Assembly (NCBI RefSeq): GCF_009914755.1
Contig: NC_060927.1
Strand: one strand, 5' to 3'
Source of the DNA: the human T2T-CHM13v2.0 reference genome, Homo sapiens
DNA length: 64,000 bases
Below, one piece after another: positions 1-14,100 of the stretch (its first letter is position 1; the number at the start of each line of letters is the position of its first letter). The notes beneath the pieces are model-generated. The model saw nothing but the letters and a program-made list of their open reading frames with translations, was not told the DNA's origin and made no database searches. The translations under genes and the position numbers were made by a program.

Positions 1-1020
<1,020 letters not shown>

Positions 1021-2460
1021 CCCTATATAGAGACATGAGAACTTGCAATAATTTCAGATGTAGAATTTCAAATATTATGGAAAAGATGAACCATTCATTA
1101 ATGGGTGCTGGAATCACTGGCTATCCATAGAAGGAAGGATAAAATAAGGTCTTTATTATATCGGAGTAGGGAGAGCTTTTGAAAATATAATACAAAAAGT
1201 ATAGGCCATTAAGAAAAATATAATGAAGTACATTAAAACGTATAACTTCAGGATCGAGCCATCATAAACAAAATAAAATGAAATCCACAATCTAGCAAAG
1301 GATATTTGTAGTTCATGAGACAACGAAGTCTGAATATCCAGAATATATAAAGAGTTCATTTAAACAATAATCTTAGAGAAAAATAAACAATGAAAATTAG
1401 CAGGCACATCACAGAAGAAAGTACCTGAATGACCAAAAAATGTGAGAATCTGCTTTCATCTTCATTAATAACAAGAAAATGCAAATTAAAACTGCATCAT
1501 GGCCGAGCATGGTGGTTCATAGCTATAGTCCCAGCACTTGGGAGGCTGAGGCAGGAGGATCACTTGAGGCCAGGAGTTCAAGACCAGCCTGGGCAACATG
1601 GCAAGACCCCATCTCTACAAAAAATTTTTTTTTATTAACTCAGCATAGTGGTACACATCTGTAGTCCCCACTACTGGGGAGGTTGATGGAGGAGGATTGC
1701 TTGAGCCCAGGAGTTTGTGGTTACACTGAGCTATGACCATGCCACTGCACTCCAGCCTGGGCAACAGAGCAAGACCTTGTCTCTAAAAGACAAAGAAACA
1801 AACAAAAGCACTGCATTATACCATTTCTAATTATTTAAATGCTTCGAAATCTGAAAACACCAGATGTGGAGAAGGACACAGGGAACTGGGAACACCTACA
1901 TACTATTATACAAGACAAACATTTTGTAAAGGAATTTGGCAACATACACTAAGTGTAAATATGAAGATGGCCTATGACCAGTCTTTCTACTTTTAGGTAT
2001 ATGTCCTGCAGAAATTCTGGCAGAAGGTCAAAGATATTCTCTGCTTTATCCTTCTCCCCTTGACCATCCATTATAGCAAAAAATAAAACAAAAATAAAAA
2101 TAAATGGAAACAACATAAATTGTTCCTCAGTAAAGAACTAGAATATCATAGGAAATGTGCTAAAGCCACATGTATAAATATGTCATTTGGAATATGTCTT
2201 TTTGACATATTTCAAAAAGATATTATTGAGTGAAAAAAAACCCTACAAATTACAAGGATATGTATACCATGATGTATTTAAATAATTGTGATTATATATT
2301 ACATATTACACAAAAAATATATTTGGGATAAAATATATTCCAGAATCTGCATCAGCTTAAAGATATCCATTATCTGGTGAAGAAATGAGAGGCAAGGGAT
2401 CAGGTGGGTGCCTTTAGCTATAAATGTAATTTTTAATTTATAAAAACATTAATAATATCT
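1021..2460 (+). mobile_element. Old L1M (L1ME-like) ORF2 3' region and 3'UTR, interrupted by an AluJ
   Basis: Degenerate L1 motifs (GGTGCTGGAATCACTGGCTATCCAT, GAATATCCAGAATATATAAAGA, AAATGCAAATTAAAAC); A-rich. Confidence 0.7.
1501..1808 (+). mobile_element. AluJ
   Basis: Full dimer with J-type GGAGGATTGCTTGAGCCCAGGAG; degenerate TSD ACTGCATCAT/ACTGCATTAT. Confidence 0.93.
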
Positions 2461-3279
2461 GAAATTCACATGTCAATATGTCAACATCCCCATGATCCCT
2501 AATATGTGCCAGGCACTGTGATAATATGCCAATAATGTGTCAGTAATATGACAATTATTAAATAACATGAGAATACTCTTTGTTAACCTTTAATAGTTGT
2601 CTATCTTGCAAAAGCACATTATACATTACAATTATGCTTGTGAAATACTGACAGTCATATTGCAAAGTAACGGCCCGCTCAGCTGCAAAACTTTAACCTG
2701 TAGTAATGCCCGCTTTTTAGGGCATGGTTCTAATTCAGTTCTTTATAAAAAAAATTCAATGGTCTGGTTATTGAAAATTAATAATCAAAAGAACATTCTG
2801 ATAAGCAAACGAAAACTATAAGAAAATTCAATGTTGGCTCCAAAAACTGGGCACTTAATCATATACTGCCTTACATTGTTTGCTTTTTAAGATATCTGAA
2901 TTAGCTAATGAACTAGACTGTTAAAGATCATAGTCAGTGGAGGAAAGCAGCAGCCCAGGAACCAGGGGAAATACAAAAGAAACTTTGCCCCCAGAAATCT
3001 AAGCCTCTGGGAGAAATGCTAAGAACAATGGGAGGAATGTCTTACCTCTGTAACCTTATTTCAGAGCAAGATGCAAAAAGTTTATCTCCAGGTTCTAGAA
3101 GGATAATCCAACGTTCTTCAAGGAAAAGAAAATTTACCCAGTCCTATTTGTTTTATTTTCTTCGTTGTCAACACAATAACTTTAAGCCAAAAAACACAAA
3201 GACATTGTCTTTTTAAAAGGACAATGAAGATGGAAAAAGAATGACCAGTCACCTAAATTGAGTTCAGATGTCTTCATTA

Positions 3280-4410
3280 ATGCAATTAGCAAATATATAT
3301 TGAACACGAACTATGTGCCAGGAACTAGGATACAGTAGGGAACAAGAGAGGTAAAGCTCCCCTTCCTGGTTCTTATATTTCAGTGGGGTAGGTACTAATT
3401 AAACAAAGAAATACGTCATGCTAATTGCTAAGGAGAAAATCAGACAGGATAAAGGGATAGTGAAGACAATGATCAGAACAGGAACATTTCATGATCTTTG
3501 AGCAAAGGCATGGATGGGGAGAGAAAGTTATTCATGCACAGACCCAGGAGAGAAGTATTCCAGGTAGATGGAACAGCTAGTACATAGACTGACATGAAAA
3601 TGAGCCTGGCATATTTAGGTCCAGAAAGGAGATCATATGGCTAGAGGGTAGTTATTCAAAAAGAAAAGTGGCAGGAGGTGAACTGACACGGGTAGGTGGG
3701 AGTTAGATCCCACAGGCCCTGGTAGGGTATCACAATGGGAAACCATGGAGAGTTTTAAGCAAAAGAGTACAGGATCTCACTTCCATATTTGAAAGATTAC
3801 TCTACTGCTGCGCAAAAGATAAACTGCAAGGAGACACGAAGTGGGAAGACCAGTTTGGGAGGGGTGGGGATATTGAAATAGACTTGGCAAGAGTTGACAG
3901 CAGTTTGGACCATGAAGGTAACAATGGAAAGGTAAAAAGTAGTAAGCTGTACTGCAGAACTAGAGCCAATGAGACTAGTGATGGTTAAAAAATGGCACGG
4001 GGAGGGCAAAAGAAAAAAATCAAGGTGACTCCAAGGTTTGGCAATTTGGAAGACAGTGGTGTCATTTACCAAGATAGGAGAGAGTAGGGGAGAAAAGAGA
4101 AATGGCCATGGGGCCAGAGAGGCATGAATACTGTGTAGGACACATAAAGTCTAAGACACATATACAACCAGTAGTCAAGTTGAACAGGCAATTCATTGAA
4201 ATTCATTTCATTCTCTCTGAGAGATGGCAGAATGGAAGATTTGAATTTGGGAGTCACTGGCACGTAGACCGTATTTATAGACATGGGCTGGATGAACTCT
4301 CCTAGAGCACAGTGTAGAGAACCCAGGAAAAGTCCTAAGGCACTCCAGTGATGGAGACTCAGGATAGGAGGTAAAGACGCTGACAAAAAAGAGTGAGATT
4401 GAGGGGTGGG
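3280..4410 (-). mobile_element. L2 fragment
   Basis: Reverse-complement L2 3' end (CAAATATATATTGAACACGAACTATGTGCCAGG) followed by purine-rich L2 body. Confidence 0.75.
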
Positions 4411-4741
4411 TGAGAAAAACAAAAACAAAAATAGAACCTACTATTCCATCATAATTCAGAAATTTGTATAACACTTTATGTAAATTTTCCAATTTTTTTC
4501 CTCATAATTTATTTGACTTTCTAGCTTGGATTAAGTGGTTCCTGGAGTTTGGGAATAATTTGTGCATGCAGCCATGGGCTCACTGTACACAAATCTGCAT
4601 TGAGTAGAAGATGGGTAAGAAGAAAAAAAATAATAATTCCTGACCCCTTTTTAAGAAGGAAAGTGATGTGACACTTGGAATTGCAAACTGGCTCTAAAAG
4701 TATTCTCTAGGTGGCTTGTATGCACTTAGAAAAGAAAGAGT

Positions 4742-5287
4742 TTCCATTGGTCTATGTGCCTGTTTTTGTACCAGTGCCACGCTGGTTTTAGTTACTGTAG
4801 CCCTGCGGGATAGTTTAAAGTTGGGGGTAATGTGGTGCCTCCAGCTTTGTTCGTTTTGCTTAGGATTGACTTGGCTATTTGGGCTCTTTTTTGGTTCTGT
4901 ATGAATTTTTAAATAGTTTTTTCTAGTTCTGTGAAGAATGTCATTGGTAGTTCCGTAGAGATAGCATTGAATCTGTACATTGCTTTGGGCAGCATGGCCA
5001 TTTTAACGATATTGACTTTTCCTACTCATGAGCATGGGATGTTTTTCCATTTGTTTGTGTCTTTTCTGATTTCTCTGAGCAGTGTTTTGTAATTCTCATT
5101 ATAGACATCTTTCACCTCCCTTGTTAGATGTATTCCTAGATATTTTATTCTTTTTTGTGGCAACTGTGAATGGGATTGCCTTTCTGATTTGGCCCTCAGT
5201 TTGGCTGTACAGGAATGCTGGTGATTTTTTGTACGTTGATTTTGTATCCTGCAACTTTGCTGAAGTTGTTTATCAGCTGAAGGAGCT
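4742..5287 (-). mobile_element. Inverted 5' segment of an L1PA15-like element (ORF2 RT region)
   Basis: Minus-strand ORF2 peptide [40 protein letters not shown]. Confidence 0.92.
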
Positions 5288-6635
5288 ATAGAGAGCCACA
5301 AAATAAGGTTGCACACCTACAACTACCTGATCTTCAACAAAGCTGACAAAAGCAAGCAATGGGGAAAAGACCCCCTATTCAATAAATGGTGCTGGCCATA
5401 TGCAGAAGATTGAAGCTGGACCCGTTCCTTACAACATATACAAAAATCAACTTAAGATGTAAGTTGATTTATCCTTCTCCCAAATGTAAAATACTTAAAT
5501 GTAAAACCCAAAACTACTGAAAAAAAAAACCCTAGAAGACAACCTAGGCAATACCATTCTGAACATAAGGGTAAAAATTTCATGACAAAGACACCAAAAG
5601 CAATTGCAACAAAAGCAAAAATTTACAAATGAGATCTAATTAAACTTAAGAGTTTCTGTACAGCAAAAGAAACTATCAATAAAATGAACAGACAACCCAC
5701 AGAAGGGGAGAAAATTTTTGCAAACTATGCCTCTGAGAAAGGTCTAATATCCAGAATATATGAAGAACTCAAACAAATTTACAAGAGAAAAACAATCCCT
5801 TTAAAACATGGGCAAAGGAAATGAGCAGACACTTCTCAAAAGAAGACATACATGGGGCCAACAAGTATATGAAAAAAAGCTCAATATTGTTGATCATTAG
5901 AGAAATACAAATCAAAACCACAAGGAAATATCATCTCACACTGGTTAGAATGGCTATTACTAAAAAGTCACAAAATAACAGATGCTGGCAAGGTTGTAGA
6001 GAAAAAGGTTGTTGGTGGGAGTATAAATTAGTTCAGCTATTGTGGAAAGCAGTATGGTGATTCCTCAAAAAGCTAAAAGCAGAACTACCATTGGACCCAG
6101 CAATCCCGTTACTGGGTATGTACCCAAAGGAATACAAATCATCCTACCATAAAGACACATGCACATGAATATTCCTTGCAGCACTATTCACAATAGCAAA
6201 GACATAAAATCAATCTAAATGCCCATCAATCACAGAGTGGATAAAGAAAATTTGGTACATATATACCAGGGAATATTATGCAGCAATAGAAAAGAATGAG
6301 ATCATGTCTTTTGTGGGAACAAGGGTAGAGCTAGAGGCTATTATCCCCAGCAAATTAATGCAGGAACAGCAAACCAAATACCTCATGTCCTCACTTATAA
6401 GTGGGAACTAAATGATGATAAGTTATGAACACAAAGGAGGAAATAAGAGACACTGGGTCTGCTTGAGAGTGGACGGTAGGAGAGAGAGGAACAGAAAAGA
6501 TAACTATTGGGTACTGGGCTTAACATCTGGGTGATGAAATAATCTGTACAACAAACCCCTGTGACATGAGTTTACCTATGTAACAAACTTTCCTATGTAC
6601 CCCCAAACCTAAAATAAAAGTTAAAAAAAAAAAAA
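5288..6635 (+). mobile_element. L1PA15/16-like 3' segment with poly(A)
   Basis: ORF2 C-terminus; 3'UTR GATAACTATTGGGTACTGGGCTTAA...TCTGTACAACAAACCCC...AAATAAAAGTT(A)13. Confidence 0.92.
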
Positions 6636-7985
6636 GCAGTGACCAATATGAACCATCATGGGTCCATGAAGAATTAATGTTGATAACTTCAATTTATTCC
6701 TCCCTTCAAAGGTGCTACTAGAGGTTGGGAAAAACCACATGTGATCTGATGACCTCCATGCCAACAACAGGAAGAGTACCATTCATTCATGTCCAAGGGT
6801 CTTTATTTTTTCCCTTAAGAGGTCCACTGGATACCTCTATAGAAACCAATGAGTATTGGTAGGATTCTGTCTCTAAGGGTCATAAGCTATCATCTGGGGA
6901 CCATGAGCACCTATTAAGCCCTGAAGAGTGCAGATGTTAACCTACGCAGGAGGGTTTAGGGTAGGAGTTCTTACAGTCTGCTTTTAGGTACTGCCTCATC
7001 TTTCTGAGAAGCCAGACCATTCACCTAGTCAGGCAGCCAACTCCTCAAGGCATGGTGAGCACCAACTGGGAGGAGGCGGGCAGAGCGAGTAGGTGGAACA
7101 GGGATACAAGAGCTTCCCCACCTGTGCCTTCATTTCATAGTCCCTCCAGACTGCCATTTGCAGCAGCTGCCTGTCCCAAGCTGCTTCCCAGCAGTCCCTG
7201 AATATCCTGATGCCCCTGCAGTTAATTCTCAAGCTCACAGATGACTGACACTCTATTTCTGTCATCTTCTCAATGAACTGCAGCTTTTAAGTGCAAAAAA
7301 TACATCCACCAAGCCTTCCACAGGTGTTCTCTCTGCCATTTGCTCTGTGAAAACACGGCCATGGCCTGTCACCACAGGAAGCTAGCAGAGAGCTGCTGGA
7401 CGTGGGACCTTCCAGACTGGGAGCCCAAAATACGCTTTTCTAAGGTGTGCTGCTGAGACATTCTATGTGACTAAGTCCCCACCTGCAGAAAGATACCGCA
7501 GTGGGGAGGCTATTTGTGCATTAAGTGCTTGAGATAAAATTCATCTCTCAGGGCCTCCATTTCCTATATCTTGGAGCTGCCAAATGGTTCTTATTAAAGT
7601 TATCTCTTGCTGCCCCTATTCCTCTATCTTCCTAGTAGGGGACATGGTGAGATTTTGTGACAGCAAAGCTGAGTCTTAGACTACTATTCATGTGCAGTGG
7701 GTTTAGGAATATATATTAATACTGGTCCTGGCATACAATCAGTCTGGTTCAGAAATTACAAAGAGCACAAATGATGCTCAGCCACTCTCCGCTGAAACCC
7801 CAGTTTACCATCAGTAAAACTGGGGCCTAGATAGCATAGCCTGACGTTTCCTTTTACTCCCTGGTCCCATGAATGCACATATTTCACTTATCTTCAACAT
7901 GCATTCATTTATTCCACAAATTGGGCACTGCTCTAGGTGCTACGAATATAACCCTGAACAAATTAGTTAAAAATCCCTGCTCTCC

Positions 7986-8276
7986 AAACTAACACAGGAA
8001 CAAAAAACCAAACACCGCATGTTCTCACGCATAAGTGGGAGTTGAACAATGAGAACACATGGAAACAGGAAGGGAAACAACACACACTGGAGCCTGCCGG
8101 GGGTTGAGGGGTGAGGGGAGGGAGAACATTAGGACAAATACGTAATGCATGCAGGGCTTAAAACCTAGATGATGGGTTGACAGATGTAGCAAACCACCAT
8201 GGCACATGTATGCCTATGTAACAAACCTGCACACTCTGCACGTGTATCCCGGAAGTTAAAGTTAAAAAAAAAAAAA
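7986..8276 (+). mobile_element. 5'-truncated L1PA7/8 3' end with poly(A)
   Basis: GGACAAATACGTAATGCATGCAGGGCTTAAAACCTAGATGATGGGTTG...; A13 at 8264-8276. Confidence 0.93.
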
Positions 8277-8388
8277 GGATCAATGTGCTATACAAATGCT
8301 TCAGTTACATAAACCTAATAGTTATTGAAGACATCTTTTATTGCAGCAGAAATAAAAAAATACATCTTCATATAAAAAATTAAATAAA
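8277..8388 (+). other. L1 3'-transduced segment with its own poly(A) signal and second A-rich tail
   Basis: Lies inside the TSD pair 7968-7985/8389-8406; AATAAA at 8351-8356; A-rich tail from about 8374. Confidence 0.8.
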
Positions 8389-9672
8389 TAAAAATCACTG
8401 CTCTCCTGGAGTGCACATTTTAGTGAAAGAACAAATGAACACAACCATTTCCGATTGTGAGAAATGCTGAGACGGAAACATGGTGAAGGATTTTAGTGTG
8501 ACTTGGTGGGAGGGACACTTCCTTAGCTAAGGAAGCCTGGGAGGTAAGTCATGTTTTCTTCTCCTCTTTTATTGCCTATTTTCCTAATTGCACAGCCGAG
8601 TACCCCAGCTCTCAAGAGATTTATATTCCTATATTTTAGTTCTGTGCCTATGAAAGCAGCCTTTGAATAGTGTTTAGGAACACAAAACTTCTACCTCTTT
8701 TAATTGCTTATTCATTCAACAAATTATAGAGGTCCCATTAGATACTAGGCACTTCCTGGAGATATGAGCCCTCTTCCTACTTCACCTGAGGGAAAGATTA
8801 AATGAAACACTAAAAGAATCTAAACCACTAGTCCTCCACTGGTGAAGATTAGAAGGCACCCTTTCCCTTAAGACCCTTTACTTCTACTTGTCAGAAAGAT
8901 GTTGTAATATACCACCAAAGGCTGCAGTCTTGACCTAATTTTCTTTATGACCTCGGAGTTGTAAACTGACCTAAGATCATCATGCTTAAATAATAGTTAC
9001 TTTTGGTAACCAAGTGTCATTGGTTAAATGTGAGTAAGGGTTAGCCCCACTCCACAACCTTCCTACTAAAAACAAGTTTCAACCTAAATCCATCCCACTG
9101 GGAGACCTTTCTTAAACAAGCATTAATTAACAAGGATGCACAGAACAGTGCACACAGGCTGTGCTATAAAGTTGATGAAATCCCAGCTCTGTGACTTCTC
9201 AGGTGCACCGACTACAGCTCTTTCATGAAAGATTGACTCAAAGCAGATGTGTCAATAGTCCAGGGTCAAGTTTGTGTTAGCCATACAGTCAGCATTAGAC
9301 AAACAAAAACCTGTGCACCAGTGACTAAGCAGTCTCATTTAAGGTCACGCTTCAGGGTCCAGCCCCAAATGAACAGGCTATGGGTTTAATTAGAAAATGG
9401 GTGGTTGTCAACCCATAGTTGACAACAGTAGTTCAATCAATCCACATATACTGACTGCGTTAGTGTCACTAGTGACAGCCCATTCCTAACATTCATCATA
9501 CTAACAGATAAGCCACTCATTCAGCAAGAAAAACTCATCTCTAGCATCCCTTATGCAAATCCTCAGAGCCTATGGGATAGAGGGAGAAACTAAAGAGAGC
9601 CACAGGGCTCTCGGATAAGAATGCTGGCTCACTAATCCTGGGGTGTGACTTCCTGATGAGGGAACTGGCTGC

Positions 9673-9716
9673 CTGAGGGTGCCACAGCTAAGCACTGAGG
9701 GTGCCACAGCTAAGCA
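9673..9716. repeat. Perfect 22-bp tandem duplication
   Basis: CTGAGGGTGCCACAGCTAAGCA x2. Confidence 0.95.
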
Positions 9717-10595
9717 TACAGTTAACATCCCACTGCCTAACATGGACTGAAAAGTGTAGGCATCCTCACCATGAGAGCATCCCCTAACATGACTTGTCTG
9801 TTTCCTCCGTCATCCACCCACCTCATTAACATTTGTCACATACCCATTGTGATAGAGGACAGAGATATATTCTGCCCTGCAGAACTCAAAAGCCTAGACA
9901 TCAAGTAAGCATAATTTCTTATTGCCAATTCATTGGTTGGCACTGTGTGGAGTACTGCCTCAAAAAAAAAAATAATGCTCAGCAAGAAAAAGAAGTTAGG
10001 ATAACTAGTAATGTCAGCCATGGCAGGAAATGGAAAATGGCCATACATATGTATGTGATATCCCCACATTAGACATGCCATCATTAAAACAATCTTATCA
10101 ACCTTTTTGGATACTTTAAATAATAAAGTAGATTAGTTAGCTGTAAAATTACATTGAAATAAACCTTAAAACCCTAGGCCAATTTGAGGCATCTTTACTA
10201 CCAGACTGCCAGAAGTAGCTGCCAATTTAAACAGAAAGATGGTATCGGATACCCATCTTCAGGGCTTTAAGCACATGAGAGATGAAAGGAAGAGGAGAAG
10301 AGAGAAATGAAAGTGCTGGAAAGCTTTCCTATGACAATTTCCTGTGAAGAAGGGTCAGTATACACCAGACTATGCCAACCATGGCTTCTAGTTAGCTGCT
10401 CTGAGAAACCAAGGAAGGATCCAGTGAGCAAGAGCCCTGTCCAGGCTCTGCAGAGAATGCCCATTCTGCTGTTCCATTAGCACTGCAGACTTGGATGCCA
10501 GTGACCCAAATCAAACTTCAGCGGCACAAGTCTCCCACTGAGCTGCAAGCCCCTTTGAGAGCAGGTGCAGTGCTTCACAGATGAGTAGCAAGAAC

Positions 10596-11189
10596 CATCA
10601 GTTCTGCTATAACACAGCATACGTGTTCCTGACAGTCACCACACTTCACAAAAGCATACAATAAAAACCAAACGACTTACGGCTTTGGGGTACACTCAAC
10701 ATCTTCCCCAGTGACACAGTAAAATACAACAAGAGGAACCTCATAAAAATGGTAGCACGTTTTTACATATGTTAAGTAGCTGACAAATGCATAAATACTA
10801 TAATAAATATGGCCCTTTACCTTGAAAAAGATCTGAAGTTTCTGGAAGTGGGTGTCAGAAGGGTTGCGACTTGTGAGTTTTTGTGTAGTGGAGGCTTATC
10901 TAAAATCAGATGGAAAATTGTAATGTCAGATGTGGGTGGCGTGACTCACAACGCATGTGCAGAGCTGAGGTAGCTGGTAGGTGTTTGAGCTGTGTGCAAA
11001 CGTGTTGTGTATATTCCTACATGTCATTGTTTAGCTGTGTACAGTTTTCTGCATTCACCTAGTGTTTCTCCCAGGCAATATTGAGCATACCCAAATACAA
11101 AATTTGTGTTATGCTCAAATTGTTTCCTAATATATCAATCACATTGGAACAAACTTGAATTTACACAAGTGTTATGACAGAATTAACTT
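10596..11189 (+). mobile_element. Tigger13a-like TcMar DNA transposon
   Basis: Terminal inverted repeats CAGTTCTGCTATAAC ... GTTATGACAGAATT; 5' sequence matches my recollection of Tigger13a. Confidence 0.7.
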
Positions 11190-11239
11190 ATGAAATTCTA
11201 GCCTAGAGCATAGAGGCACTAATTAATAATAGTTATACT

Positions 11240-11460
11240 TAGTAAAACTTACTAAGACCTTATGCAGATTATCTATGCAAATTATCTTGGTCAAGCACTA
11301 TAACCAACTCATTAAAAAGTTAATATTTACAAATGAGGAAACCTGGGGCTCAGAAATGAAAATATTTGCCCCAAATCATACATGCTATGAGTGGTGAAAA
11401 TAAGATTTGAACCAAGTTGGCAAGCATCAAAAGCCCATACCCTTCACCACTGCATCTACA
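11240..11460 (-). mobile_element. MIR
   Basis: Core TTTACAAATGAGGAAACCTGGGGCTCAGA...GATTTGAACC. Confidence 0.7.
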
Positions 11461-11936
11461 GCCTCCCTAAGAGATTATTCCACGTGAGGGATAATCTGTC
11501 CACCCGTTGATGCATTCTGTGATTATGTATGTCTCCTTTTTAGCACATCAGATACCATAAGATTGTGGTGTGGCTATCCATCCCAAATGCAGATAGATAG
11601 ATAAAATACCATCCAGCTAGTGTAGTAGACACAGTGCCTAAGAAAAGAAATTCATGAGACAGGCTGAGGAATTGGGACTAGGGATTACCTAAGGCCCCCC
11701 AGAGGAGAACTGGTTTAGCTCAGTATGTAGCTGATGCCAAAATCTCCCAAGGACATCACTGCAGCTGGAGCCAGGAAGTGGACCAGCAAGAGCATCAGAG
11801 AGCCGTGGGAGAACCTTAGTCAGACCATACAGAACCCATCTCCAACAACGGCACCATGTGGTAGCACAAGGTAATTGCAGATGGGAACCGCGCAGGACAG
11901 AAACAATGAGTTCAGCTGGCATCTAAAGAATACTGA

Positions 11937-12251
<315 letters not shown>

Positions 12252-12449
12252 CTAACATGTTTTTTGGTCCCAACACAAATTCTGCCCATCAGGATACTTA
12301 GGTGAGAATCACATGATGAAATACTACTGACATGACTTTGGCAAGTGAAATTGCTGCTAATCAAAAGAGGCGCAACCAATTAGCATTTATGGAAACCGCA
12401 AATGTACAGGCTCAGGTCTATAATTATATTGATAAGTATATTTGAAAGG

Positions 12450-12617
12450 CTGGTCTGGGTTTGTAGCTTGGCTACATCTCTTCACAGGTGTGTCACCTTT
12501 GGAAATTTATCTAGTCTCTCCAAGCCTCAGCTGTAAAACTGTGATAACAGGGTGAACCTAACAGAATTGTATTGAAGATTAAATAGTATATGTAAAACTC
12601 TTAACACAAATGCTTAA
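12450..12617 (+). mobile_element. MIR
   Basis: TGTGTCACCTTTGGAAATTTATCTAGTCTCTCCAAGCCTCAG...GAAGATTAAAT. Confidence 0.6.
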
Positions 12618-12622
12618 TAGAT

Positions 12623-12978
12623 TGCCATAGACCAAACATTGAGTCCCCCCAAAATTCATTTGTTGAAAGCTCATCCTCAATGCAATTGTATCAGGGGGTG
12701 GAGCTTTTGGGAGGTGATTATGGCATGAGGGTGGAGCCCTTATCAATGGGATTAGTGGCCTTATGAAAGAAACCCCAGAGTTCCCTCACCCATCTTGCCA
12801 CATGAGGTCAGTGAGAAGATGGCCATCTATGAGAAAGTGGGCCCCCAGCAGACACTGAATCTGCCAGTATCTTGATCTTGGACTTCTCTGCTTCCAAAAC
12901 CATGAGAAATAAATTTCTGTTGCTAATAAGCCACTCTGTCTATGGTATTTTGTTACAGCAGCCCAAAGAGACTAAGAA
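12623..12978 (+). mobile_element. MLT1A0-like MaLR solo LTR
   Basis: TG...CCCCCCAAAATTCATTTGTTGAA...AATAAATTTCTGTTG...GACTAAGA; 5-bp TSD TAGAT at 12618-12622 and 12979-12983. Confidence 0.9.
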
Positions 12979-13679
12979 TAGATCATAACTTCTGCTTCAG
13001 CTATATCCATCATTGTCATCATTATCATCACTTCCTCAGCCAAAAGGGTTAGACAGAGTGGGAGAGAAACCCCAATCCATTTTGCACAGGGTTGATGTCA
13101 GAACTTCCCACACAATGAGAAGAAGCTGGATAAAGCCTTTCCACAGAGGAGGAAGTAAGAAGAATTCTCATTGGTCCAAAAATAGTGGATCTAAAAATGC
13201 AGTTACCCCTTCTCATTAGCACTCGCCTTATGAAAAGCCTGACTTTACTTCCTCAACTTTGAGAGACCAAGTGCCACCAAAACACAGAGAGCCAATTCCA
13301 AAATGACTCAAAGAACCAAGGGAATCAGAGAAAATAAGTTAGCTGCAGTCTTGAAAAAACTTTAAAGCAGCAATTATGGCCTGTTCAGTCATATCCTGTC
13401 CCACGTATTATAAAAAAACAAAGTACTATTAGGAGACCAAGGGGACTATGGTTTGCCCTGAGGTAAATCCAGTATTACTCATTTTGACCAAGACAACCAT
13501 TCTCAATTGTACATTTGTTTTAATGTAAAAGGGTACAGAGACTTAAACTCAGTATTTCCAAGTTATGAAATAGATTTTTCCAATTTTCAGATTATTATAA
13601 ATCAGATATAAAATTCAAGAGAATACTCCAGACCAAACAAACACACTCTTCTGGTAAAGATCATTACTCTCCATAGGAA

Positions 13680-14100
13680 TCCTGCCCTTGTCCACTACTG
13701 TGAGCAGCTGTTTCCATTTTGCATTGAGGATGCACCCTCTCTCCACTCAGATCAACTGACTGCTACCTGGGACTGAGTCAATCAGACCTCAATCCTCCCT
13801 GGCCAGAGTGATTGGCTTACGGCTAAGCACCAGGTCCAGTCAAAGTCAGTGAGTCTCAACAAGAACTTGGCCAGCATTGTTGGGATAGGGACAGGAAGTC
13901 ATTGATCCATGCCATTAAAACCAGAAAGGATGAAAATGATGTTTCTGTGGCCAGCTTGCCACTAGGAGAGGTGATCCTTTCTGAGAACTGAAACTGGATC
14001 CTGGAGCCATCTTTAGAGCATGTAGATCTATCTATGTCTGAAGCCGCACATTCTCATGGAACACCATTACATGTACCATCAAATTTACTTCTTGCTTACA
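13680..14100 (+). mobile_element. LTR16-like ERVL LTR, degenerate
   Basis: CCTGGCCAGAGTGATTGG...; TGTCTGAAGCC...TTACATG...TTGCTTA. Confidence 0.5.

Larger units (their letters stand above)
7900..8540 (-). mobile_element. L2 fragment split by the L1 insertion at 7986-8388
   Basis: ATTCATTTATTCCACAAA...GGCACTGCTCTAGGTGCT...CCCTGCTCTCC resumes as CTGCTCTCCTGGAGTGCACATTTTAGTG. Confidence 0.7.

Noticed and set aside
3040-3100. Strong minus-strand donor GAG|GTAAGA with possible upstream acceptors; several plus-strand donors also exist (e.g. about 16368, 38306, 63482)
   Set aside because: Isolated splice-like motifs occur at background frequency on both strands, and no coherent coding chain could be built.
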